A stretch of DNA of 64,000 nt from Octopus sinensis (taxonomy: Eukaryota): the NCBI RefSeq assembly GCF_006345805.1, contig NC_043007.1, positions 19,592,001 to 19,656,000 of the forward strand. Direction: 5' to 3'. This document shows, piece by piece, positions 12,126 to 24,350 of the stretch (position 1 is the first letter of the stretch; the number at the start of each line of letters is the position of its first letter). The notes beneath the pieces are model-generated. The model ran no database searches. It had not been told where the DNA came from and saw only the letters and a program-made list of their open reading frames with translations. The position numbers and the translations under genes were made by a program.

Positions 12126-12256
12126 ATATGGGATCCATTTCGAGGAGACTGTGTCCGTCAGTTGGAATCATCAAAGAACAGTCCTGTGATTGCCCTGGCA
12201 CCAATTCCAGCACCAAGTTCTATGATGATTACTGCAACTAATGATTCCACCCTCAG
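12126..12256 (+). CDS. WDR81: WDR81 coding exon
   Basis: ttgtAG/GTtgta, 131 bp, phase 0 to 2. Encodes IWDPFRGDCVRQLESSKNSPVIALAPIPAPSSMMITATNDSTL(R) (human 'VWDPFTGK...PAPHTSITMASSDSTLR'). Not in the ORF track frame because it lacks a start codon. Confidence 0.93.
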
Positions 12257-12579
12257 GTTGTATATTTTGTATATGTATAAACACTGTATGTGTGTGTGTG
12301 TGTGGAAAGGAGAGAAAGAGGGATAATACTGGCTTCAAGTTTTGGAACAAGGCCAGCAGTTTCCGGTGGGAGGGGACAAGTTGTTCACATCAACCTCAGT
12401 GCTTGACTGGTACTTATTTTATTGACCTCGAAGGAATGAAAGGCAAAGGCAACCCCAGTGGAATTTGAACCTGGATCGTAAAGACAGACAAAATGTTGTG
12501 AAGCATTTTGCCAGGCATGCTAATGGTTCTGTCATCATGCTATCCTAGAGAGAATAATAATAATAATAATAATAATAAT

Positions 12580-13080
12580 CATCATCATCGTTTAACATCT
12601 GTTTTCCATGCTGGCATGTGTTGGACGGTTTGACTGAAGTATGAAGAGTCAATGGGCTGCATCAGGCTCCATCTGGCAATGTTTCTACGGCTGGATGCCC
12701 TTCCTAACGCCAACCACTCCGTGAGTGTAGTGGGTGCTTTTCACGTGCCACCAGCACAGGGGCCAGTCAGGGGGCCCTGACATTGATCACGTTTGGATAG
12801 TGCTTTTTACATGCCACCAACACAGGGGCCAGTCAGCGGGCCCTGACATTGATCACGTTCAGATAGTGCTTTTCATGGGCCAGTCAGGGAGTACTGGCAT
12901 TGACCACGTTCAAATGGTGCTTTTTACATGCCATCAGCACAGGGGCCAGTTAGGGGGTCCTGACATCGATCATGTTCAGATAGTGCTTTTCACGTGCCAC
13001 CGGCACAGGGGCCAGTCAGGGGGTACTGGCATTGACCACATTCAGATGGTGCTTTTTACATGCCACTAGCACGGGAGCCA
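12580..13080 (-). mobile_element. SINE family C (GAT/CAT tail) with an internal ~66-bp tandem array
   Basis: Tail catcatcatcgtttaac...gtttccatgctggcatg and core gctggatgcccttcctaacgccaaccactcc. About five units of tgcttttcacgtgccaccagcacaggggccagtcag... at 12734-13075. Related copies at 2340-2620, 4250-4690, 17770-18150 and 18210-18420. Confidence 0.7.
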
Positions 13081-13597
13081 AATAATACTTATTATTGTTG
13101 AGATAAGGTGGGCATGGGTGGATAGTGCTTGACTGGTAATTATTTTTTTCGATTCTGGAAAGCAAAGTTCACATTGGAAGAATTTGAACTCAGAACGTAA
13201 AGCTACAAGAAATGTCCATAAACATTTTGCATGGAATACCAACGATTCTGCCAGCCCTGAGCCTTGGATGATGATGATGATGATGATGATAATAATAATC
13301 CTTTGTACTAAAGGCACAAGGCCTGGAGTTTAGTGGGAGGGGACTAGTCGATAACATCAACCCCAGTGTCTCACTGGTATTTAATTTATCAACCCCCAAA
13401 AAGATGAAAGGCAAAGTCGACCTCAGCAGAATTTGAACTCAGAACGTAAAGACGGAGAAAATGCTGCTAAGCATTTCACCCAACCTGCTAACGTCTCTGC
13501 CAGCTGCTGCTGCTGCTATTGATAATGATGATAATGATGATGATGATGACGATGACCACCACCATGTGGTTGTTGCAACTTCATCACATTGTCTCTA

Positions 13598-13630
<33 letters not shown>

Positions 13631-13905
13631 ATCATTATTATTAGCCGGCAGAATTTTGGAAGAGGAGACTAATCAGTTGTATCGACCCCAGTGTATCACT
13701 AGTACTTAATTTATCGACCTCCAAAAGGATGAAAGGCAAAGTTGGCCTTGGCAGAACTTGAACTCAGAATGTAGAAACAAATAATAATAATAATAATAAT
13801 GATTTCTTTCTTTATTTATAATAATTATAATAGTATCTTATGAAAAAGAGTAAATTTCTGTAAAGAAGAAACGATATCTAATACATTATTTTCATTTATT
13901 TGAAG

Positions 13906-13967
13906 GTTTTTGGACCTGCGTACAGGTAGCTATGCCCATGAATATAGATGTTCTCCCGTGTCGGCTG
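13906..13967 (+). CDS. WDR81: WDR81 coding exon
   Basis: tttatttgaAG/GTaatt, 62 bp, phase 2 to 1. Encodes (R)FLDLRTGSYAHEYRCSPVSA(G) (human 'RFVDCRKPGLQHEFRL'). The phases fit both neighbouring exons. Confidence 0.87.
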
Positions 13968-14587
13968 GTAATTATAAAAGACTTTCATTTGTTATTTGCT
14001 CTGTGTAAAACAAATAGAGATAATAATCTTAATTTTTACCTGAGACTGACCCTGGTTCAGTGACCCAAACATCCTGTGATCAAAGCTAGAACTTCTCTTT
14101 AAAGTTCAATGTTAATTTTTGTTTCAGACATCGTTTTAGTAATGGTAAGGTTGTTTCATCAAATTCTTCATTGTCTTTGAAAGTGCTTGAAAGAAAGGCT
14201 GTGTCATTACCTGAAGTAAATAAAGTGAAGGCGCATGGCTCAGTGGTTAGAGCGTCGAGCTTACAATTGTGAGGCTGTGAGTTCGAATCCTGCACAGGTA
14301 AATGCACATCAGCATTTAACCACCTGGCATGGGTTGGACAGTTCGACAAGAACCGGTGCACTTGAGAACTTTGCCAAACCTCAGATGTCTGTTTCGGCAT
14401 GGTTTCGAAGGCCGGATGCCATTTCTAATGCCAACCACTTTGCAGAGTGTGCTGGGTGCATTTTATGTTGCACTTGTACACAGAAATACATAGGTGCACG
14501 TGTGCACCCACAACACACAGACTCGCCCACATCTATTCTCATAGCAGTGTGCATCAAGTTGACACTCCGATTTCTTCTTTGTTGCAG

Positions 14588-14727
14588 GTGTGATCAGATC
14601 AGTAACTGTCAGTCCAGACAGCAATTGGGTTGCTGTGGCCTTCTCTTCTGGGATTGTCTCAGTTCTTGATATCAGGGCTGGTACACTTCTTGGTCAGCGA
14701 AAGGCTCATGACACTGATATATTGCAG
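14588..14727 (+). CDS. WDR81: WDR81 coding exon
   Basis: ttgcAG/GTaaga, 140 bp, phase 1 to 0. Encodes GVIRSVTVSPDSNWVAVAFSSGIVSVLDIRAGTLLGQRKAHDTDILQ (human '[22 protein letters not shown]...AHEGDILQ'). Confidence 0.95.
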
Positions 14728-14789
14728 GTAAGATCTTTTGGTTGGTTGCCAGTGTTATCAAGGTTAGGTTGTTTCTCATATTTTGGTCA

Positions 14790-15030
14790 TTATCATCATC
14801 ATCATCTTCATCATCTTCATCATCATCATCTTCATCATCTTCATCATCTTCATCATCTTCATCATCATCTTCATCATCTTCATCATCTTCATCATCTTCA
14901 TCATCATTATCATCATCTTCATCATCATCTTCATCATCATCATTCTTCATCATCATCTTCATCATCATCATCTTCATCATCATCTTCATTAGCTTCATCA
15001 TCATCTTCATCATCATCATCATCATCATTA
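14790..15030. repeat. (CAT/CTT)n tract in a WDR81 intron
   Basis: Directly visible, with a 9-bp higher-order pattern catcatctt. Confidence 0.9.
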
Positions 15031-15041
15031 TTGTTTAACTT

Positions 15042-15256
15042 AAGGCAGCGAGCTGGCAGAATCGTGAGCACACTGGACGAAATGCTTAGCAGTATTTTGC
15101 CCGTCGCTGTGTTCTGAGTTCAAATTCCACAGAGGTCGACTTCATCTTTCATCTATTTGGGGTCGATAAATTAAGTACCAGTTGTGTACTGGGGTCAATG
15201 TAATCGACTATCTCCCTTCCCCAAATTCCAGGCTTTGTGCCTAGATTAGAAAAGGA
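15042..15256 (+). mobile_element. SINE family B (~210 bp, ATT tail), representative copy
   Basis: aaggcagcgagctggcagaatcg...gttctgagttcaaattcc (B-box-like)...gccttgtgcct...agaaaaggattatt. More than 20 related copies or fragments, e.g. 3520-3722, 12330-12540, 13310-13505, 18606-18817, 19685-19900, 21227-21430, 24390-24590, 24668-24880, 25240-25455, 36230-36385, 51650-51970 and 59680-59890. Confidence 0.8.
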
Positions 15257-15707
15257 TTATTATTATTGTTTAAACCCTGTGTCTGATTTGGTCAAGAAAC
15301 AAACCTAAGATAAAAAAACATTTTGGCCATTCTGTTGCTGGTGATTCATCATCACTGCCACCACCACCACCACCATCCTTTAATGTCCATTTTCCATGCT
15401 GGCATGGATTGGATGGTTTGACAGGAGCTGGCAGGGCCAGGAGCCATACCAAGTTCCAGCTGGTGACAGTTTATTGCAGACGATTTGTCCGTTCTTCGTT
15501 TTTTTTTCCCTTATTTTTCTCTTTTTCTGGTGAGCAACACATGGTTCACAGCCTCTCTTTATGCCACTCATGTGATTAAGGAAGACATGAACATCACATA
15601 ATCACATCTCACCTCTTCTCTCCTTTAACATGAGAAGACTTCTGACTTGTGAAGATCTAAAAATGTTTTTTTTTTGTACCTAAAACCATGTTCTGTCTGA
15701 GATATAA

Positions 15708-15746
<39 letters not shown>

Positions 15747-15850
15747 TATATATAAAAGTTAATCCAAACATGAAAACACAAAGAGAAAACACAACAACAT
15801 GAGGACGTGGAACAAGTTTAGTATTATTGGACGCTCAGGAAAGAAGGAGG

Positions 15851-15885
15851 GTTTAACGTTTCGAGCGGAGCTCTTCGTTAGAAAC
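15851..15885 (-). ncRNA. Ultra-minimal hammerhead-like remnant
   Basis: Minus strand gttt-CTAACGA-a-gagc[tcc]gctc-GAAA-c-GTT-aaac. Stems I and II pair and stem III is the palindrome ACGU, but the core has G5 changed to A. Confidence 0.4.
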
Positions 15886-16064
15886 ATAGGAAAAGGAAAG
15901 ATCCAAAGAAGGGAAGACGGAGGAAAAAAAATCGCCAACGGTACACACGCGGTCACATAAATATATATATATATCACCAACACCATTATAATCATTGTAA
16001 TGACGATCACCACATCTACTATGCTACCATGATCGTCTTCAAAACTGTTATTGTTTCTTCACAG

Positions 16065-16164
16065 ATCAAAGCGTGCAACCGTCACACGTTTGTAACATCC
16101 TCCTTTGACCAAACCATGCGGCTGTGGAACTCCAGTGACCTGAAGGAAATCTGTCAGTTCAAAG
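16065..16164 (+). CDS. WDR81: WDR81 coding exon
   Basis: ttcacAG/GTaagt, 100 bp, phase 0 to 1. Encodes IKACNRHTFVTSSFDQTMRLWNSSDLKEICQFK(G). Confidence 0.93.
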
Positions 16165-17092
16165 GTAAGTCCCGTTGTTCACACGCACGCACATTTAGAC
16201 ATTGCGATACGGGGAAACACATTGAAATATTTAAATGAAATACAAAACATAGAGTTATCTCCCTTGACATATCTCTCGACGGTTATAAAAAGTTCCCCTT
16301 CCAAAGTGATCCGTCATACGAACGGTGATGCTCTTTCTTCAATATTAATATAAGCTCCTCTTTTATTGGTTTCAGATTTTGGCACAAGGCCAGTAATTTC
16401 TTGAGCGGGGTTAAGATTGTGTGATGTGAAAGCATGTGGCCTTGTGGTCAGCGTCCTGGCTGTCAGTCATAAGTTTGTGGGTTCAATTCCTGGCCTGGGC
16501 ATTACGTTGCGTCCTTGAGCAAGACACTTTTTCTTGTTGCCTCAGTCTACTCAGCTGTAAATGGGTACCTTGCTGGAGTGGTTCTCTCTCTCCTCCTCTC
16601 TCTTTCATCCACCTTTCTCTCTCATCCACATCTCTCGCTCACCCATCTCTCTTTCTCACCTGCCTCTCTCACCCACTCTTTCGCTCTCTCTCGCACCACC
16701 ACTCTTTCTCACCTCCTCTCACACCACCACTCTTTCTCACCTCCTCTCACTCTCCCCCTTCTCCCTCTTCCCCCTCCGCCTCCAGCTGTGACATCCTCCG
16801 TATACCCCGAGGTCAAGTCCGAAGGTACCCAGACTATGTCTATGTCTGTTTGCAACTATATAGGACCCTTCAACATTCAGCAAAACCATGGTTGCGGCTA
16901 TCGAGTGATATTTACTCATTACTCGTGAATGATGACTGGCTGCATTCAATTGCAGAGTTGAGTAAGATTTAGTTACTATTTCTAACAACCCGAGTGACCA
17001 CACTGTGGTCCTCCCCATTTGCTCAGCTCTCTCTCTCTCAATATTTCCAATGTAGGTGTTGTTGCTAATGTATGTTCGTTTTTTTGTTGCAG

Positions 17093-17193
17093 GTGCATCA
17101 GAACCCGTTCACTGCATTGGTTTGTACCGTAATCAGATCATCTCTGCCACGGCAGGCAATAAAATTGGTGTCCATTCTTCCATTGACCGGCAT
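17093..17193 (+). CDS. WDR81: WDR81 coding exon
   Basis: ttgcAG/GTaagt, 101 bp, phase 1 to 0. Encodes GASEPVHCIGLYRNQIISATAGNKIGVHSSIDRH (human '[27 protein letters not shown]'). Confidence 0.94.
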
Positions 17194-17263
17194 GTAAGTA
17201 TGAGAATTCACAAAAACCTAAAAGATGCACCCCATGTATGTGTGTGTGTGTGTGTGTGTTTTA

Positions 17264-17489
17264 TTACTCTTTTACTTGTTTCAGTCATTTGACTGCAGCC
17301 ATGCTGGAGTACCGCCTTTAGTCGAGCAAATCGACCCCGGGACTTACTCTTTGTAAGCCCAGTACTTATTCTATTGGTCTCTTTTGCCAAACTGCTAAGT
17401 GACGGGGACGTAAAGACACCAGCATCGGTTGTCAAGCAATGCTAGAGGGACAAACACAGACGCACAAACATATACACACACATACATAC

Positions 17490-17522
<33 letters not shown>

Positions 17523-17700
17523 CATACATATATATACGACGGGTTTCTTTCAGTTTCCGGCTACCAAATCCACTCACAAGGCTTTGGTCGGCCCCAGGCT
17601 ATAGCAGAAGACACTTGCCCAAGATGCCAGACAGTGGGACTGAACCCGGAACCACGTGGTTGGTAAGCAAGCTACTTACCACACAGCCACTCTTGCGCCT
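17264..17700 (-). mobile_element. tRNA-derived SINE family A, full-length copy (representative)
   Basis: tRNA-like head (ggcgcaagagtggctgtgtggtaag...gttcagtccc), internal TA/GT microsatellite and a gagtaaaa tail. Related copies or fragments at ~5277-5490, 30320-30593, 32400-32785, 38896-39145, 48420-48660, 49880-50080, 53950-54270, 55073-55381 and 61820-61950. Confidence 0.8.
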
Positions 17701-18536
17701 ATAGTATAGATTATGTCGTAATTGTAAGCAATATGACCATCCTATGAATTGTGTCATTCATTTTCAATTTTAGTGACCGGAAAGAGATTTGGCTGGAGAA
17801 AATCTGCCCTAAGGCATTTCTTCTGACCCATGCAAGCATGGTAAAATGGATGTCGAAATAATGGACTGATGACCCCTATCCCAATAATATTCCCCTTCTT
17901 AGTTGAATTGGTGGTGGTGGGGGTTTTTGTCTTGCAAGACACTTGGTGACTTCACTGGTGCTGGTGCAACATAAAAGGTACTCAGTCCACTTTGTGGAGT
18001 GGTTGGTGTTAGGAAGGGCATCCCAGCATAAAAAACCATGCCCAAGTAGACAGTGGAGCTTGGCATAGTCTTCTGATTTGCCAGTTCCTGTCAAACCATC
18101 CAGATTAGGCCAGCATGGAAAATGGGTACTTGATGATGATGATGATGACGACGACGACGACGACGGCGGCGGCGAAGACGACGACGACGACGGTGGGTGT
18201 GTGTGTGTGTATCATTTAATACCTATTTTCCATGCTAGCATGGGTTGGACAGTTTGAAAGGAGATGGCTAATCACAAGACTGTGCCAAGATCTGCTGGCT
18301 GATTTGGTATGGTTTTTGCGGCTGGTTGCCCTTCTCAATGCCAACTACTTATTTACAGGGTTTATTGGGTGCTCTTTGTGCAGCACCAGCATCAGTGAGG
18401 TCGCCAAACAACTCACCAAAGACCGCACCCTGAACTGAGAGAGGGAGGTGGCTGTGTGCCAAGTGATGAGAGGTTAGAGTATGAATAGAAAGACAGAAAT
18501 AAAATGGTTTGCAATTAAGGGGAAATATACATACAT

Positions 18537-18606
<70 letters not shown>

Positions 18607-18900
18607 CAAGCTGGCAGAAAAGTTAGCTCACCAGGTGAAATGCTTAGTGGTATTTTGTCTGTTTTTATTTTCTGAGTTCAAATTCTGCCAAGATTGACTT
18701 TGCCTTTCATCCTTTCTGGGTCGATAAATTAAATACCAGTTGTATACTGGGGTGGATCTAATCAACAAGCCCTTTCCCCCAAAAATTTCGGGCCTTGTGC
18801 CTAGAGTAGAAAAGAATGTATGTATGCCCTGCTTGTGCCTACCCCCTTCCCATGCACATTTTCTTGTGCATAATGTTGTACTTTATATTTCTCTTTCCAG

Positions 18901-19029
18901 GCCACCTACAACCATACGAAACTTCACCCAGATACATTTAAAGGAGTCCTAGCAAGTATGGCAGTACTTCCACTGAACAGAACGTTACTTCTGGGAGCTG
19001 ACAATGGGGCTATCCAACTCCTCTGTTGA
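18901..19029 (+). CDS. WDR81: WDR81 terminal coding exon with stop
   Basis: Acceptor ctctttccAG at 18899-18900. Encodes [42 protein letters not shown] then TGA (19027-19029). Matches the recalled human C-terminus '[39 protein letters not shown]'. Confidence 0.95.
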   Translation, partial: ATYNHTKLHPDTFKGVLASMAVLPLNRTLLLGADNGAIQLLC

Positions 19030-19527
19030 AAAATTTGTTAAAAATATGGGGGGTGGGGAAATGCTCTCTCATGGACATATTCCTAGTTTTATATGGGAGA
19101 GAGAGAGAGAGACATCTTTTATTAATTACCACTGCCACCACCACCACCACCACCATCAACATCATCATTTCATTATCATCATTATCATTGTATAATAATT
19201 ATTTTGGGCAGTGGATGGCCAGGATTGGTTGAGTGAATGAGCAGAAATAGCTTGTAGTGTTTTGTCACGCTCCGTGTTCTGATTTCAAATCCCACCAAAG
19301 TACAACTTCAGTTTTTTCATTCTTCCGGAATCAATGAAATAATTACTAGTCATATCTGGCGGGGTTTACATTATATGCTAACCCCTGTCCAACCCTGCCA
19401 TCGTCCTAAAAAAAAAATGCTTTGTGGTATTTATCCTGGCCCTTAACAAACATTCTCAGTTCAAATCCTGTCATTGACTAACCTCCGGCCCTTAAAATTG
19501 CTAGTCTTGTGTCAAAATTTCAAACCA

Positions 19528-19578
<51 letters not shown>

Positions 19579-19629
19579 TTATTATTACTATTATTATTAT
19601 TATTATTATGATTCTTCTTCTTCTTCTTC

Positions 19630-19671
<42 letters not shown>

Positions 19672-20464
19672 TATTATTATTATTAAGGTGGTGAGCTGGC
19701 AGAATTGTTAGCATGCTGGATGAAATGCTTAGCAGTATTTCACCCGTCGCTACGTTCTGAGTTCAAATTCTGCCGAGGTCAACTTTGCCTTTCACCCTTT
19801 CAGGGTTGTTGAATTAAGTACCAGTTGCACATTGGGGGTCAATGTAATCGACTATTCCCCCTCCCCCAAATTTCAGGCCTTGTGCCTACAATAGAAAGGA
19901 TTATTATTATTATTATTATTATTATTATGATTATTATTGTTATTATTATTAAAAGGTGTGAGCTGACAGAATAGCTAGCATGCCATAGAAAATTCTTCAC
20001 AGCAATTCGATTGTCTTTACATTCGAAATCCAAATTTTGCCATGGTGAACTTTACATGTCCTCCTATTGGAATCGATGAAAGAAGGACCAGTCAAGTCCT
20101 GGGGTCAGTGCAATCAACTTCTTCCTCCCCTCAAAAGTTGCTGGCCCTTTGCCAAAACTTTGAAATCACTATTACAGGCTAAGTTCAAATCCCACTCACA
20201 TCAACTGTTTGTCATCCTTCTGGAGCTGATCAAATAAAGTACCACTCAGGTAGTTGGGGGTCATTGATATAACTGACTGTACCCTTCTAAGAAAATTCCT
20301 GCTCATAAACCTACGTTAAAAACAGTATTATATCATAATAAAGAAGTACAGTGGCTGGGCATATGAAACAGCTAATATGTCTGACACCTGACCCTCTGAA
20401 CTTGCATATTTATATCTCACACTGAAGATATGGCAGTAAGACATAAGCAGGGCAGATAAAATCG

Positions 20465-20683
20465 TAACCCCTAACCCCAAGCCTCTAATCCTAATCCCTA
20501 ACCCCTAACCACAACCCCTAACCACAACCCCTAACCACACCCCCTAACTACAGCCCCCTAACCACAAACCCTAACCACAACCCCTAACCACAGCCCCTAA
20601 CCACAACCCCTAACCACAACTCCTAACCACAGCCCCTAACCACAACTCCTGACCACAACCCGTAACCCTAACCTTAACCCTTA
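20465..20683. repeat. Telomere-like 13-bp minisatellite (CCCCTAACCACAA)n
   Basis: About 12 units at 20502-20660, flanked by degenerate CCCTAA hexamers. Confidence 0.85.
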
Positions 20684-21164
20684 ACTGTAATCACTGACCT
20701 CCAACCCATACCTTCTGGTCTCTGCTCTGCCATTCTACTTTGGGTTTTTTCCCTTAGGGCTGCATGTGTGATCATCCCATTCTCAAACCTCCTCCCCCTG
20801 TTACTTTTCTGTCTCCTTTTCACCCCCCCACTCCACTTTCCTGCTCCTTCTCCTCCTCCTTCTCTTCACCCTCCCCCCCAACCGTAATCACCTTTATTAT
20901 AATTCCCAGCACCTCCATCATCACCGCCAACATCCCAGAACCATTGCCACCACTACCATCACCATCACTATCATCATCATTATTTATAAGACATTAAGCA
21001 CACACACATCTCCCCTCACCCCTACCCTGAAATTTCCTCCTTTGTAACCTTGGTAACACAATGTAAATATTTCTTTTGAGCTGAACAAGTTCTCAGCTCC
21101 AATATTTGACGTGTTCATCACTCATTCCTTAGTATCATTATTATTAATAACGTTAATAACAATA

Positions 21165-21198
<34 letters not shown>

Positions 21199-21926
21199 TG
21201 ATGATGATAATAATAAAGGCAGTGTGTTGGCAGAATTCGTAGTGCATCGGACAAATTGCTTTTTGGCAGTTCCTTCGGCTCTTAATGTTCTGAGTTCAAA
21301 TTCCACCTAGGCTGACTTTGCCTTTCATCTATTCAGGGTAAAAAAAAACGATGTACCAGTCATATACTGGGGATCATTGTAATTGATTTACATCATCCAT
21401 AAAATTGCTGGTCTTGAGCCACAATTTGGAACAATTATTATTATTATATTATTATTATTATTATTAATATTGAATAAAGAAATCCTTATTATGTCTATTA
21501 TGCAAAGGGAGATTTGGCTGTGCTGTGAACAAAACACTTGTTAGTATTTAAATTATGGTTTGTGTTCAATTCTCACCCAGGTCAACTTGGCCTTCCATTC
21601 TTCCTGTGTTGATAATAATAAAAAGAAACAAAGAACAAAATCAGTTCTGTGTCGATTTTGGTAATTGTTGCTTTCTTCAAAATTTATGTATTTGTGCCTG
21701 TGTTAAAAATGAATATTTTTTTTTTATTTCTGTATGTTTTGATTTCAAATTCTGCTAAAACCAATTTTGTCTTTTCCCCTTCCTGGGTCAAAAACGAAAC
21801 CATTACACCACTCAAGTGCTGAAGTTGCTAGTGTTAGGAACATAAATTGTGACTAAGGTTTGGAGGAAGATTTTAATTCAAAACCTATGAAAACAAGATA
21901 TTTGTACTACAGAGCCACAGGAAGTT

Positions 21927-22309
21927 CACAAAACTTCAAATATTTCTGAAGCTCACTTTCTTCCTACACCTTGATCCTTGGATTATATATATATATTATC
22001 ATTAACCTGAAGATTGATTATAATTTTAAATTGAATTTAAATTTAATTGTAGCCATGAAACGTTCGTAGTGTTTTTACTTATTATATTATGTATTTATCA
22101 TTCATGTTATACTTTCTGAGATCTAGTTATAAGTTATATGCTTTATAAAAATATGCTATTTGTTATTTATGTATTGGTTTATGTCTATCACTGTTTGAGT
22201 TGCAATAATAGTGGTTTTATCTCTAATTTATATTTTTTATATATATATATATAATCCAAGGATCAAGGTGTAGGAAGAAAGTGAGCTTCATAAATATTTG
22301 AAGTCTTGT
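21927..22309. repeat. Inverted repeat flanking a Penelope-like tail
   Basis: cacaaaacttcaaatatttctgaagctcactttcttcctacaccttgatccttggattatata (21927-21993) pairs with 22243-22309. Confidence 0.8.
22004..22071 (+). ncRNA. Decayed hammerhead-like motif on a Penelope-like tail
   Basis: aac-CTGAAGA-(decayed stem II ...aattgtagccat)-GAAA-c[gttc]gt-A-gtg. The downstream AT-rich tail (to ~22240) resembles the tail 11300-11378 of the palindrome arm. Confidence 0.45.
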
Positions 22310-23985
22310 GGGCTTTGCAGAGCCTCCTTGCACAGCCAAGTAATGCTGTTTTCTAGATGTACCAATCATTTCCAACTAATTGTTTAAATAATGGTTGGTA
22401 TACCTTACTCAACTTAGTTATACAGTGGAAAACTACAAGATTATGACATTCGCCTTGAAAAAACAACTTGTATCAATGTATAGTGCTAAAGAGTACTGAA
22501 GTGTATCAGCAGCAGAGAAAATGCGTTTGGCAATGCCAGTGGAACTGCTAAATTCAGAGTTCGATGTCTTTGCACCTCACTGGTTGATAACTGAATACTA
22601 TTCTGTACTAATACTAGTTCTGTTACTTATAATTAATTTTTACCCCAGCCTGCCAATTATTTGCAACACCAGGGATTTATCATTGTTTTTTTTTTTATAT
22701 CAGAAGAATTGAAATTTGTCCAAGTATATATTTAATAGTGGATGCTTGCTACTGATGATGTGCAGTGACGCAGAAATCCAGATCTAACAATTCCACTGCC
22801 GCTACTGAACATTTTATGCTTGCCATTGATACACTTCTTTGCTTTTTGGCACTAAACATCAATATGAGGTGCTTTCTCAAGTCCACTACTATGTTTCCCT
22901 TGGAGGACAGTAGGGGACACATGTTTCTGGTTCAACTGTTCAACCTTATGTCCTGTAGCTAAAGGAATTAGAGACACAAAATGAGTAGAACATGGTTATG
23001 GCCTAGGCCAACATAATTTTCTGAATTTAAACAAAAATGAGATTAGTGAAATAACTCACATTAGCAACTGATGTGTTTGAACAGCATTGACAAATACAGG
23101 TCTATCAAATAACATACAACATAAATTCTTCATTTATTAAAATTATCTCTGCTTCTAAAGGAAAAATCATAATTACGAAATTGAATTCAAACCAGCCCCA
23201 CTTGAGGAAGAGAGATAGTTTCTAGATTTCAAGATTTAAGAATTCCACAATGTTGAACTATAGGAAAGAACTGGCTTATCATCAGGAGATAAGGGGACAG
23301 CTGTTTGAATTAGATAAGATGTAGCTGATGTTGCGGTTCTATGTGGCTCTATTATTTTCATCAGACCAATCGCAACGTTTACTGCTTGATAAATCCTAAG
23401 ATATACTTCACAAAATGACGAAGAATATCTCCAAGTGTACTCCAATGGCTCTCATCAAAAGGTCAGGTACTTTTTTTCTGTCTTATATTCTTTGGTCCTA
23501 TTCAAATACATCATGCAGAAAATTAAATGCAATTTTTTCTCAGGTTTTCACTATTTTATTTGTTTGCTCCTATTTTTTGTCATAAATCCATTTGATGTTT
23601 TGAGAAACTCTTTTTTTCAGGTCATCAATCATATTTGAATATTGGACAAAAAGATTTTTTTTTATGGTTTGCTGATCACAGATCCTATTTATGTTTTTTT
23701 AATACAGTATTGGTGATTAGGTTTTGAGGTTTATACACATCTAATTTTCATAACCCTGAGGTCTTAGTATTTAGGGATGCAAATTTCCCTTTGTCAGCAA
23801 AAACACATTTCTGTGTAGATATTAGTGCATCCAGCTGTAGAAACCCATGCAAGATCAGATTGGAGCCCGGTGCAGCCTTCTGGCTTGCCAGTCCTCAGTC
23901 AAATCATCCAACGTACTGGGGTCAGTGTGATTGACTCTCACCTCCCCACAAAATTCAGGGCTCATGCCTATAGTAGACAGGATTA

Positions 23986-24350
23986 TTATTACCTCTGCCT
24001 GCGCAAAGGCAGAAGTATTGTTTTCAGTTGTGTTTGTTTGTTTGTCCGTGGACAAGATATCTCAAGAACCGCTGGGTGAACCCAGGGATGTTTTACCTCG
24101 TGACTGGTACTAACTGATTAGATTTTGGGATTGATTTGATACCAAACAAGGATTCTGGATTATTTTTCCTGTTTCTTTGCTTAATTTTTGAGAGTGATCA
24201 GGTTTATTTCTAGTATTCTCATTTGTGAGAGCAGACGAATATATTTCAGATATTCTCATTTTAAAAATCGTCTCTTGCTAATCGTCTCTTGCTAATCGTC
24301 GGGAAAACGTTGGTGTTGCCTTGGTGGAGGTTTGCGCTCTCTGAGTGCTC
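23986..24350. mobile_element. Non-autonomous DNA element with subterminal inverted motifs (family uncertain)
   Basis: Starts ttattacctctgcc and ends ggtggaggtttgcgctctctgagtgct. acctc(t/c)gcc and gg(t/c)ggaggt are near-complementary. Confidence 0.4.

Noticed and set aside
12734-13075. Regular repeats as a CRISPR-like array
   Set aside because: The units are contiguous with no unique spacers, in a eukaryotic SINE context.
14230-14295. tRNA-like sequence with A box (TGGCTCAGTGG) and B box (GTTCGAATCC)
   Set aside because: The acceptor and anticodon stems do not pair properly, and it runs into SINE body sequence. It is a SINE head, not a tRNA gene. The same applies to 16430-16500, 53765-53830 and 61955-62030.
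14728-15117. His/Ser-rich extension of ORF 14590-15117
   Set aside because: Only 14588-14727 is exon. The rest is intronic (CAT/CTT)n read-through past the GT donor.
22480-23640. Unique-looking sequence with short ORFs between the two genes
   Set aside because: No recognisable domain or consistent splice structure. It may be UTR or an old repeat.
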